From NCBI GenBank assembly GCA_964016885.1, contig OZ024764.1, forward strand, positions 19,716,001 to 19,780,000: a stretch of 64,000 nucleotides of DNA, read 5' to 3'. The translations under genes were made by a program, and so were the position numbers. Positions 10,719 through 22,138 of the stretch are shown piece by piece (within the stretch, counting starts at the first letter, position 1; each line of letters starts with the position of its first letter). The notes beneath the pieces are model-generated. The model was not told where the DNA came from and searched no databases. It saw nothing but the letters and a program-made list of their open reading frames with translations. This DNA comes from Eledone cirrhosa. Taxonomy: Eukaryota.

Positions 10719-13601
10719 ACTGCGACAGCTTCAATAGAGTACATGGAGGCCATGGAGTTGGAATGAGGAAGGATTCAGACTTCTAGAGTTCTGCGACGCC
10801 AATGACATGTCGATATGTAACACAAACTTTAAAAAACCCGACAACCACCTGATCACCTATAGATCAGGGGAGCACTCTAGTCAGTTAGATTTTATCCTCA
10901 TCAGAGGACGTGACAGATGGACGGTCGTAAACACAAAGGCCTTCCCTAGTGAGGAATGTACATCCCAACATAGCTTAGTTGTCAGCGACCTCACGGTCAG
11001 AACTAGACGAACCCGGAAACAGAGGCCAACCTGGAGAAGAAAGATCTGGAAGCTGAAAGTCCCCTCAACCAGTAACAGATTTAAAGATATTTTACTCAAC
11101 GCCTACGACAGAAAAGAAGAACAGATAGAGACATTTAACGTAGAAGTGAACTGGGAGTTCCTAAAAAATAATTTACTAGAGGCGACGGATGAGGTCTGTG
11201 GCTGGAGTAAGACCTGAAGCAGGAGGAGAGTGACTTGGTGGTGGAACAATAAGGTAGATGAAGCAGTTAAGGCCAAGAGACAGGCATGGAAAGAATGGAA
11301 GAACGGGGGGAGCAGGGTACATTACATAGAGACCAAGAGGGAAGCTAGGCGACAAGTATACTTAGCTAGGAGGGGAGCAGAGGATAGAAAATTCAAGCAT
11401 GTTTTACAACGTGGGGACCAGAAACAGGAGGTATTCAAGATTGCGAGGCAGTGTGTCAGAGATAGTTGTGATGTCATTGGAGAGAAGTGTATCCGGAATG
11501 ATAAAGGTGAGCTTGCCCTCACAAGTGCTGAGAAGAAAGATGCGTGGAAGAGTCATTATGATAGATTACTAAATGAGGAGAATGCATGGGAAGAAGAGAC
11601 CCTACCCCAAGTAGACCCTATAGAGGGACCAGCAGTACAAGTCAGCAGCAGCGTAGTAAGTAAGGCAATCAAAGATATGAAGATGGAACCGGTCCATCGG
11701 GTATAGCTGCCGAGATGCTGAAGGCATCTGGGTATGTAGGTCACACTATAACCACACGTATCGTTAACCAGGTAATACTAGAAGGGGCCATACCAAAAGA
11801 CTGGTGCAGTAGCATCATTGTCAACTGCTACAAAGGTAAAGGCGATGCACTAGATAGAGGAAACTATAGAGGTATGAAGTTGATGGACCAGGTCGTGAAA
11901 GTAACAGAAAGAGTTATAGCACAGCTGATTAGGGACCGGGTGAAAATAGACGAGATGCAATTTGGGTTTGTACCAGGAAGAGGCACCACTGATGCCCTCT
12001 TCCTTGTGAGGCAATTACAGGAAAAGTACCTAGCTAAAAGTAAGCCACTCTACTTGGCATTTGTCGACCTTGAGAAAGCCTTTGACAGAGTTCCACGTGT
12101 TGTAATCTGGTGGGCTCTTAGAAAACTAGGAGTAGATGAATGGCTTGTGAAAGCGGTACAAGCCATGTATAGGGGAGCAGTGAGCAAAGTTAGGATTAGC
12201 AATGAGTATAGCGAGGAATTTAGCGTACAGGTTGGGGTCCACCAGGGCTCTGTTCTTAGCCCCCTCCTGTTCATCATAGTCCTGCAGGCAATAACGGAGG
12301 AGTTTAAGACCGGATGCCCATGGGAACTCCTGTATGTTGATGACCTTGCACTCATAGCTGAATCTATGGTAGAACTAGAGAATAAATTCCAAACCTGGAA
12401 GCAGGGACTAGAAAGAAAGGGTCTCAAAGTCAACATGACAAAGACTAAGGTCCTTGTAAGTAGACGAGAAAACAGAACCCAGATCCCCTCAGGGAAATGG
12501 TCTTGCTCAGTATGTAGGAAAGGTGTAGGTAGGAACTCCATTCTCTGCCCCAGATGCAAACAATGGGTACACAAGAGATGTAGCGGGATCTCAGGAAGCT
12601 TAATTAAGAATGTAGGATTCACATGCAGCAGCTGTGCTGAAACAGCAAGCAGCAAACAGCCACAGGAACCAAGTACCACCAATCTCTGGGAGGGCCCTGT
12701 AGAAACAGTAGACAGCTTCTGCTACCTAGGTGACCGAATTAGCAACGGAGGTGGGTGTTCAGAAAGTACAATAACTAGGGTAAGAACGGGATGGAAGAAG
12801 TTTAGGGAACTACTACCACTGCTAGCTGCAAAAGGCTTCTCCCTCAGAATGAAAGGCAGACTGTATGATGCGTGTATCCGAACAGCAATGTTGCACGGTA
12901 GTGAGACCTGGGTGCTGAAGGTGGAAGATTTACGTAGATTAGAGAGAAAGGAAGCCTGCATGCTCCGATGGATGTGTAACAGTAATATACGTGAACGACA
13001 AAGCATAAATGAATTGAGAGAGAGACTGAGCATAAGAGGAATCAAATGCTGTGTGCAGGAGAGGCGGTTGTCCTGGTATGGCCATGTGATGCGTATGAAG
13101 GATGACAGCTGCATAAAAAGGTGCAGAGCACTAGAAGTTGATGGAAACCGCGGAGTGGGGAGACCCAAGATGACCTGGGATGAGGTGATAAAAGCCGACC
13201 TAACCCAATTACACCTCTCAAAGACAATGACACACGACCGTGACTTCTGGCGTCACGCAGTAATACAGAGTACCCGACCTCCCATGGGTACAAGCTGAAG
13301 CATATAGACAATATGCCCCCACACCCCCCACTATAAAGTGGTCGTGGAGGTGCCACGGCAAAAAAAGCACCCAGCCCACACTGTAAAGTGGACGTGTAGG
13401 CGCCACGAAAAAGCACCCAGCACTCACTGTAAATGGGGTTGGTGTTAGGAAGGGCATCCAGCTGTAGAAATCAAGCCAGATCAGTTCCTGTATGAGCAAG
13501 GCATGTTCAGCCGACCAGACACTGCACACAACAGGACAACCCGTCTAACACATGCTAGCGTGGAAGAACGGACGTAAAACGGTGATGATGATGATGATGA
13601 T
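10716..13601 (+). mobile_element. RTE-clade LINE, family B, 5'-truncated within the endonuclease
   Basis: APE C-terminal motifs (ICNTNF, SQLDFIL, SQHSLV), RT, C-terminus, 3'UTR and (GAT)n tail at 13582-13601; TGA stop at 11215 and a ~7-bp deletion near 11687. Confidence 0.95.
11715..13298 (+). CDS. RTE-B RT + PHD finger + C-terminal domain; 527-aa open segment of a disrupted ORF
   Basis: FVDLEKAFD, GVHQGSVLSP, YVDD (YADD in sibling copies) and C4HC3 finger; upstream part of the ORF is broken. Confidence 0.8.
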   Translation: MLKASGYVGHTITTRIVNQVILEGAIPKDWCSSIIVNCYKGKGDALDRGNYRGMKLMDQVVKVTERVIAQLIRDRVKIDEMQFGFVPGRGTTDALFLVRQLQEKYLAKSKPLYLAFVDLEKAFDRVPRVVIWWALRKLGVDEWLVKAVQAMYRGAVSKVRISNEYSEEFSVQVGVHQGSVLSPLLFIIVLQAITEEFKTGCPWELLYVDDLALIAESMVELENKFQTWKQGLERKGLKVNMTKTKVLVSRRENRTQIPSGKWSCSVCRKGVGRNSILCPRCKQWVHKRCSGISGSLIKNVGFTCSSCAETASSKQPQEPSTTNLWEGPVETVDSFCYLGDRISNGGGCSESTITRVRTGWKKFRELLPLLAAKGFSLRMKGRLYDACIRTAMLHGSETWVLKVEDLRRLERKEACMLRWMCNSNIRERQSINELRERLSIRGIKCCVQERRLSWYGHVMRMKDDSCIKRCRALEVDGNRGVGRPKMTWDEVIKADLTQLHLSKTMTHDRDFWRHAVIQSTRPPMGTS

Positions 13602-13919
13602 ACACACACGTCACTTGTTATAATTTTATAACTTTGTTCAACAGCACCACCAGCTATCTCTCTCACACACACCCATTATCTTTCTCTCTCTATTACCAGA
13701 AAAACCCCATATCTCGGGAACCTGTGCATTGATTTACGTGAAACTTATTTTATCCCATTTGTATTCCCATTTCAGAGTCAACTTCCTTTCAAACTATTTT
13801 CCCATTATGCCCCGTTTTGGCTGTATTACATTACAGACAAGACACAATCACAGAGTTTTAGGTTTATAATGTTATAGTATCATGATAGGGTAATACAGTT
13901 ATTTATAGACCTGTGGTAA

Positions 13920-13990
13920 ATGTTGGTTCAGTCCACCCTGGGGGGTGTAAGTGTTGGTTCAGTCTACCCTGAGGGGTGTCAGTGTTGGTC
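13920..13990. repeat. ~31-bp tandem repeat, ~2.3 copies
   Basis: tgttggttcagtccaccctggggggtg unit; ~3 copies at 34962-35062 and ~5 at 54245-54410. Confidence 0.8.
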
Positions 13991-14014
13991 AATGATAACC
14001 TTTATAACTAGAGG

Positions 14015-14410
14015 CCTGTTGGTGAGGAAAAGCTGGAAGTGGTGACATCTTTCTGCTACCTGTGTGACATGTCAGCTGGAAGTGGAGCCAAGTTCACTGC
14101 CATTGTGCTGTGCCACTCCACAGGTAACAAGTTTAGGCAGCTTCTCCTAGACATGCTGGCTACCATTAGACACCATGGGGCAGATTTATAACACCTGTGG
14201 GAGAAGTGTGTTGTTTCATGCCAGCGAGACCTGGGCCATGTTATCTGACTGTCTGAATTGACTCTGAAGAAATGACAGAGCTATGATCCACTGGATGTGT
14301 AGTGTGACCATTGAGGATGATGTCAGCTCAACTGAGCTCTTAAAAAAACTGCTGATCGACAACCTTAAGGATGTGTTTGACAGGAGACACATGCACTGGT
14401 ATGGCCATGT
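14015..14410 (+). mobile_element. Old RTE LINE C-terminal fragment
   Basis: KLEVVTSFCYL...HASETW...MIHWMC; paralog at 35090-35490. Confidence 0.75.
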
Positions 14411-16758
14411 CGTGCATTCTCTCTCAACTCATCTATGCTTGGTCGTTGATGCACATTGACATTGCACATCCAACGGAGCATACTTGCTTCATCTCTCTCC
14501 AGCCGTTGCATATCCTCTGCAGTTGCTGTCCATGTCTCACTACCGTGCAGCATCACACATCTCACGCAGGCATCACCAGCCATTCGTTCTTAGGGAGAAA
14601 CCCTTCTTTGTCAACAGAGCAAGCAGCTCCCTAAACGTCTTCCAACCCGTCCTTATTCTAGATACTATGGCCTCTGAGCACCCTCCTCCCATGCTAATCT
14701 GATCACCTAGGTATCGGAAGCTATCAACCACCTCTGTAGATCCTTCCTGCATTTGAAAAATGTGTCTATAAGTGCGACTTCTACTGTCAAATTTCCCTGT
14801 ACATCTACTGCATATGTAGTTTTCCCTACCTGTTAGTTTGCCTGCTATCCCACTACATTTCTTGTGTACCCAAAATCTGCATTGTGAACATTATAGAATT
14901 TATGCCAGTTCCTTTTCTACATATTGAAAAAGGCCATTTCCCTGATGGAATGAGAGTTTTGTCCTCTTTTCTACTCAACACTTTTGTCTTAGCTAGGTTC
15001 ACTCTCAGTCCTCTTGCTTCCAACTGCTGTTGCAATAGCCAGAATTTATTTTCTAGCTCCTCTACTGATTCTGCTATAAGAACCAGATCATCAGCCTAGA
15101 GAAGTTCCCATGGACAGCCAGTCTTAAACTCCTCTTTTATGGCTTGGAGGCCTATAATGAACAAGGGCGGGCTGAGGACCGACCCTGATTTACTCCTACT
15201 TGTATCTGGAATTCCTTATTAAACTCCATTCCTACCCTCACTTTACTGACACCACCTCTGTACATAGCTTGCATTGTCCTCACAAACTATTCCTCTACAC
15301 CTAGTTTCCTTAGTGACCACCAGATGACAGATTGGGGTACTCTATCTAAGGCCTTTTCTAGGTGAACAAAAGCTAAGTATAGTGGTTTTCTTCTCTAAGA
15401 ACCTCTTTAGTAGTTGTCTCACTAAGAAGAGGGCATCTGTTTGACCCTTTCTCTAGGTTGCGCTAGTATTCTTTCTGTCACTTTCATAACCTGATCCATC
15501 AGTTTTATGCCCCTATAATTACTGCTCTCCAGAACATCCCCTTTACCTTTACCTCAATTTATGAGAATACTGCTGCACCAATCTTTGGGTATGACACCAC
15601 CATATATAGCCTGATTAATGATGCATGCAACCAGTTTAATTCCTACTTCTCCTGATGCCTTTTGCATCTCAGCAACTATCCCCAACAGTCCAGCAGACCT
15701 CCATTTTTCCTTTCCTTAATTACCTCTTGGACCCTATAGTCGTCAATCTCAATAGCTGGTCCTTCTGTCGGGTCTACTGAAGGTAGTTTCTCTCCTATTC
15801 ATTCTCCACATTCATCAGTCTCTCATAATGACATTTCCAGGCCTTCTTTTTCAGCCTCCCTGCATGCTAAGTAGACCTGACATCTAGCTTCTCTCTTAGT
15901 GGCTGTGTATCGGTCTCTACCCCTACAATTTTTCCAAACATTCCATGCTAGTCTTTTGTCTCTAATGGCTGTATCTACCGTGCTGTTCCACCATCAGGTC
16001 ACCCTTTTTGTGGTTGGAGCTCTGCTCCAGCGACAAGTTTTATGAGTAACCTGCAGTAAGTTGTCACGTGAGAAATTCCAGTTATCATCTATGTCATACG
16101 ACGCTAAAACGTCTTCTTTTTCGTCATACACATCTTGAAGGGCTTGCCTCAATTTATATTTTAGTGAAAGGTCTTTTAGTTTCTAGACCTTTCTTTTTCA
16201 CACCTTCTTGTATGTCTCATTTTGTCTCTTGCTTACTGAGATGTCACTAACGACTAACCTATGTTGGTGGGGTACATTGTTCCCTGGGGTATGCCTTAGT
16301 ATTTGACACCATCTATCTGTCTTACTCCCTAACTAGCAAGAAGTAAATCTGTCTCATGTGCTCACCTGATTGGTAGGTTATTAGGTGGTTGGTAGGTTTA
16401 TTATAACTAGGTCTCTGTCATTGTGGTTATCTCTACTTATTCCTTTTCTACATATGGAGCAGGGCCACTTTGCTGAAGGGGTCAGTGTCTTCTCTCCTAT
16501 CCATTAGCACTTTAGTTTTGGCTAAGTATATTCTCAGAACTTACCATTTCAAATTCTATATCTATAGCTGGTCATCTACATAGAGAAGTTTCCATAGACA
16601 GCCAGTCTTAAACCTCTCTGTTATGGCTTGGAGAACTATGATGAACAACAGTGGTCTAAGAACTAAACCATGATGAACTCCTACCTGTACCTTCAATTCC
16701 TCACTAAACACACTTTACTGACAGCTTCTCACAAGCCATTCTTCTACACCTAATTTCT
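14411..16758 (-). mobile_element. Old degenerate RTE LINE(s), family C, rearranged
   Basis: MLHGSETW, LRVNLAKTKVL, GKWP, RT and endonuclease remnants with many indels; a second RT fragment at ~16420-16758. Confidence 0.85.
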
Positions 16759-16762
16759 TTAA

Positions 16763-16965
16763 CCCTTTAGTATATAAACTGGCCATATCTGGCCAGAATT
16801 CTCTCACATCTTTCTGTTCAAACTGGCCGTAACTGGTCACTTATACTTATGTTATTGTTCTCAAAATAAATAACATGAAAATCTCATAGATTTGATATTA
16901 TGTGAGATAAAGCATTTACTGTGAAAATATAATAGTAAATATAGAGTAATGTGAATACTAAAGGG
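16763..16965. mobile_element. piggyBac-type MITE
   Basis: TTAA on both sides (16759-16762, 16966-16969) and perfect 11-bp TIRs CCCTTTAGTAT/ATACTAAAGGG. Confidence 0.88.
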
Positions 16966-16966
16966 T

Positions 16967-17262
16967 TAATCTGATGTCACTAATAACTACTTTTATCTGT
17001 CAGTTTAATCTAATGTCACTAATAACTACTTTTATCAGTCAGTATAATCTAAAGTCACTAATAACTACTTTTATCAGTCAGTATAATCTAATGTCACTAA
17101 TAACTACTTTTATCAGTCAGTTTAATCTAATGTCACTAATAACTACTTTTATCAGTCAGTTTAATCTAATGTCACTAATAACTACTTTTATCAGTCAGTA
17201 TAATCTACTGCCACTAATAACTACTTTTATCAGTCAGTTTAATCTAATGTCACTAATAACTA
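16967..17262. repeat. 39-bp minisatellite, ~7.5 copies
   Basis: aatctaatgtcactaataactacttttatcagtcagt(a/t)t unit. Confidence 0.95.
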
Positions 17263-17391
17263 ACCTATGTTAGTCAGCACATTCTTCACCAAAGAAGGCC
17301 TTAGTATTTATTACAGTCCATTTATCAATATAGAAATATTATATGAAATTTGTACTGATGTATTACAAGTTTCTGAGTATCTTATAATGTT

Positions 17392-17406
17392 CTTTTATTA
17401 TTTCAG
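17392..17406 (+). promoter_or_regulatory. Putative 3' splice acceptor of the ZNF exon
   Basis: ttttattatttcAG; conserved at ~38935 and ~57275. No transcript evidence. Confidence 0.5.
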
Positions 17407-17617
17407 AATACCAGAGGACATTGGCATTAAAGAGCACGTTACATCAGACATATCCTCAACATTAACCATTTCTAATGAAAGACACTACCCATCATTTTCA
17501 AATAATATTGAAAACACTCAACACTTTGAAGTGATTTAGTAATATAACTAAATTTCTCAGTATTAAGCTGTGAATTATGTGAGAAACTGAGGTGATTGAT
17601 ATCTTTTAGTAGGAGAT

Positions 17618-18227
<610 letters not shown>

Positions 18228-18493
18228 CTGTATCAATATCAAACTCATTACATCATACTACAACAACAACAATTGTGTAGATCCATCATCCTTGCTAAAA
18301 CTGGGGTCAACCTTGTAGGTTTTACCTAGGACAGGGATCATAAACACCAGGTTTCCATTTTTGAAGTAGTGTTTGAAGATTTTGTGTAAATTGAAGTTTT
18401 TCACGTTAAACTTTGATTTATTATACTTTAACAGGTAAGATATATATTTGTATTTTTAGTAAAGGTTGGGAACTTCTGTAATTTAAACCTGCC

Positions 18494-18499
18494 AATAAA
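18494..18499 (+). terminator. Putative polyadenylation signal of ZNF copy 1
   Basis: AATAAA ~270 bp after the stop, followed by a GT-rich tract; conserved at 41685. Confidence 0.5.
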
Positions 18500-18703
18500 A
18501 TGAAAACTTTGTTGTTGCTAGTCAGACATTGATATTAATTCTATTGTCCTGTACATTGTCTCACATATCACAGATTAAACAGATTTTAACAATAACAACA
18601 GAAATCAATAATTTGTAAGCCTAATATCTAGCTTCCATTTTAACTATTTGATATTGTTGTTCCCCTCCTGTCTCTTCAGTTGTTTTAGATTTCAACTTCT
18701 ATC

Positions 18704-19075
18704 ATCATCATCATCATCATCACCGTTTTACGTCCGTTCTTCCACGCTAGCATTGGTTAGACGGGTTGTCCTGTTGTGGGCAGTGTCTGGTTGGCTGACC
18801 ATGCCTTGCTTATACAGGAACTGATTTGGCTTGATTTCTACAGCTGGATGTCCTTCCTAACACCAACCTCATTTACAGTGAGTGCTGGGTGCTTTTTCGT
18901 GGCGCCTACACGTCCACTTTACAGTGTGGGCTGGGTGCTTTTTTGCGGTGGGGGCATATTGTCTATATGCTTCAGCTTGTACCCATGGGAGGTCGGGTAC
19001 TCTGTATTACTGCGTGACGCCCGAGGTCACGGTCGTGTGTCATTGCCTTTGAGAGGTGTAATTGGGTAAGGTCGG
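18704..19075 (-). mobile_element. RTE-B 3' fragment with 8-bp TSD
   Basis: CTTCTATC at 18696-18703 and 19076-19083; (CAT)n tail; empty site at ~41888. Confidence 0.92.
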
Positions 19076-19254
19076 CTTCTATCTACTGTACTATTCCATC
19101 ACCAAGGTAACATTCATCTGGCTGGCAGCTTACATCAACTACAGATCTCATCAGTGGTTCACAACAGGCTGTCTGAAAGAAACTTCCAGATATCTTCTAT
19201 GTCATAGCTATCAATCTCCTCCTCCTTATCATATGTATCATGTAGAACATCTCT

Positions 19255-19750
19255 GAATTTATATTTAACAGGGAGATCTTTTACTGTCCGTACCCCTTTT
19301 GTTAGATTGTCTTGTACCTCTCTCACAGTCCCTCTAGATCTTATATTTAACAGGGAGATATTTTACTATCCCTACCCTTTTCTCTAGGTTGTCTTGTACC
19401 TCTCTCACAGTCCCTCTAGATCTTATATTTAACAGGGAGATATTTTACTATCCCTACCCTTTTCTCTAGGTTGTCTTATACCTCTCTCACAGTCCTTCTA
19501 GATTTTATATTTAACAGGGAGATCTTTTACTATCCCTACCCTTTATTTAGGTTGTCTTGAGCCTCTCTCACAGTCCCTCTAGATTTTATATTAAACCGGG
19601 AGATGTTTTACTGTCCCTACCTCTTTCTCTAGGTTGTTTTGTACCACCCTCACAGTCCCTCTAGATCTTATATTTAACAGGGAGATCTTTTACTCTCCAA
19701 CCCTTCTATCTCCAGATAGTCTTGTGTCTGTCAGTCCCTCTAGATCTTAC
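19255..19750. repeat. 82-bp minisatellite, ~6 copies
   Basis: atatttaacagggagatcttttactgtccctacccttttctctaggttgtcttgtacctctctcacagtccctctagatctt unit. Confidence 0.93.
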
Positions 19751-19915
19751 ACCTAGTATCTAGTCTATGTTGAGTGGTACGTCCTTCTCCAGTAAAGGAG
19801 TTAATATTCCCAACCATCTGTCTATCCTGTTTTCTGATGAGAATGAAGTCAATCTAGTTTATCTCTTCACCTGATTGAAGTAACTAGATGTTTTCCTGTA
19901 AGTTAGTGTTGCAGT
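19750..19915 (-). mobile_element. Old RTE endonuclease fragment
   Basis: Reverse strand reads like CNTN...SG...IDFILIRKQDR...TQHR, as in the RTE-B endonuclease. Confidence 0.6.
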
Positions 19916-20418
19916 GTTTGTGTCACCATGTAAGGTTTATATCTATTAATATAGAGATGTAGTAAAGTTTTCACTGTTGTATCTCTATTTTATAAATATC
20001 TTAATGTTTCTCTACTATTTCAGAATATCACATGACCTTGACAGAAAAGAGTCTTTTAAAGACAACAAAAAGATGTTACATTCAAGTGATATAAACTTGT
20101 TTAGTCTGTGGTGAATTATGGTGAAATATTTCTTCTGAATTGAGATAAATAACAACATTTTCCTTTTTCACTGTCTGGAATATTTACAAGATGATTTTAC
20201 ATTCTGATTAAACTTTGGATATTTAGAAAGGAGTTTTCAAAATATTTGGATATTGACAAAGAACACATTTGATAAAATTATGAACAATAGAAATATTTAC
20301 TAAACACTTTAACTAACAAACTATTGTGCTATAGAATTGACAAACTTGAGCAATGTTTAATAAATGTTACAGATTTCTCCAAACTGTCGTTTACTAACTT
20401 TAATTTGAAGCTATGTTA

Positions 20419-20642
20419 TCTATATACTACTAAAACTCTGTAATTGTGTCTTGTCTGTAATTTAATACAGCTAAAACAGTGCATAATGGGGAAATACTTT
20501 GAAAAGAATAAAACAAGTTTTGTATAAATTGGAGCACAAGTTCCCAAGATACAGCGTTTTCTGAGTACCTTGATAAATATAGGGAGAGAAAGAGATAGTG
20601 GTTGTGAGAGAGAGGGAGCCGGTGGTGGTGTTCAATAAAATA

Positions 20643-20673
<31 letters not shown>

Positions 20674-21271
20674 CATCATCATCATCATCAGGTTTAGCGT
20701 CCGTGTTCCACGCTTGCATGTGTTTGGACGGGGGTTTTCCCACTTGAGGCAAGAGTGGTTGTCTTGCTCGCATAGGACTGTCTGGCGGGTTTTCTACAGT
20801 TGGATGCCCTTCCTAACACCAACCACATTTACAGTGTGGGGCTGGGAGGTTTTTACCGTGTTGCCTACACGGCCACATTACAGCGTGGACTGTCTGGCGG
20901 GTTTTCTACAGCTGGATGCCCTTCCTAACACCAACCACATTTACAGTGTGGGGCTGGGAGGTTTTTACCGTGTTGCCTACACGGCCACATTTACAGCGTG
21001 GACTATGTGTTTTTTTGTCGTGACACCTACACGATCTCATTTGTTTCGGCCTGGATGTTGTGGGACCAACATAACTTTACATTGAAAGGGGCGGTGTGGA
21101 TGGGGTGGAGGTGGTGGGACGGGGGTGTGTTTTGATAGAGATGCCTACTGACTGTAGATATATATATATATACACGTATGTGTATATTTTAACTATTTAA
21201 AAATTATTTTAAAATGATTTTAAAAAAATAGTTTTAAGGGAACGTGACCCAACAGGTCCCGGGTGGTCTAG
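20419..21271 (+). mobile_element. Non-autonomous Helitron, plus copy, carrying an RTE-A insertion
   Basis: A|TCTATATACTAC 5' end; gacc-caaca-ggtc hairpin then CTAG|T 3' end; uninterrupted paralog at 60119-60467. Confidence 0.82.
20672..21157 (-). mobile_element. RTE-A 3'UTR-only insertion in (TA)n
   Basis: Near-identical to 2171-2656; absent from the paralogous site at ~60350. Confidence 0.92.
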
Positions 21272-21471
21272 TTTGTTACTAAATACTAGATATTAGAGGG
21301 TCATGTTGTTCTAGATGTGCTGGAAGAGCCATTCCATCTTGTGAGGTTCACACCAGCAGCTAGCCACCTCAGCACCTATGGTGGTATATTTATTATATTA
21401 TTTATTCTTTATCATTAACATTAATCTAAAAGATAATTATATATTTTTACAGAAGAACCTCTAATTTCATA

Positions 21472-22138
21472 TGGCATGGGTTAGACGAGTTATCCTGTTG
21501 TAAGCAAGGCCAGGTCAGGTGATAACGTGTTGCTCCTACTGAACAAATTTTGGTTTGGTTTCTACAGCTGGATGACCTTCCTAGAACCAACCTTATTTAC
21601 ATTGAGTACTGGGTGCATTTTACCATTTTACCATCTTATTAAACAAATGTTATATCATCATCACTGTTTTACATCATTTTTTCCACGCTGGCATGGGTTA
21701 GACGAGTTATCCTGTTGTAAGCAATGACAGGTCAGGTGACCACGACTTGCTCCTACAGAACCAATTTTGGTTTGGTTTCTACAGCTGGATGACCTTCCTA
21801 GAACCAACCTTATTTACATTAAGTACTGGGTGCTTTTTGTCGTGACACCTATATGACCACTTTACAGTGTTGACTGGGTGATTTTTAACATCTCACCAGC
21901 ACCACTACTTTACAGTGTGGACTGGGTACTTTTTGTTGTAACACCTACATGACCACTTTACAGTGTGGGCTGGGTGCTTTTTGTTGTGACACCTACATGA
22001 CCACTTGACAGTGTGGACTGGGTGCTTTTTGTTGTGACACCTACAAGACCACTTTACAGTGTGGACTGGGTACTTTTTGTCATGACACCTACATGGCCAC
22101 TTTACAGTGTGGGCTGGGTGCTTTTTGTTGTGACACCT
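21472..22138 (-). repeat. Old RTE 3' tail (partly duplicated) running into a 48-bp minisatellite
   Basis: (CAT)n tail at 21654; ctacagctggatgaccttccta motif; then gtgacacctacatgaccactttacagtgtggactgggtactttttgtt units. Confidence 0.85.

Larger units (their letters stand above)
10470..13870 (-). mobile_element. Non-autonomous Helitron, minus copy, split by an RTE-B insertion
   Basis: Minus-strand 3' end gtgac-gcaacag-gtcac hairpin then CTAG (10470-10473); 13630-13861 is the reverse complement of 20430-20636. Confidence 0.7.

Noticed and set aside
12050-13168. Antisense ORFs over RTE RT regions
   Set aside because: Shadow frames of the LINE ORF with no independent motifs.
17267-17539. 90-aa ORF conserved at 38796-39068
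   Set aside because: Spans the putative intron/exon boundary; conservation is explained by recent duplication; no recognisable domain. A spliced uORF cannot be excluded.
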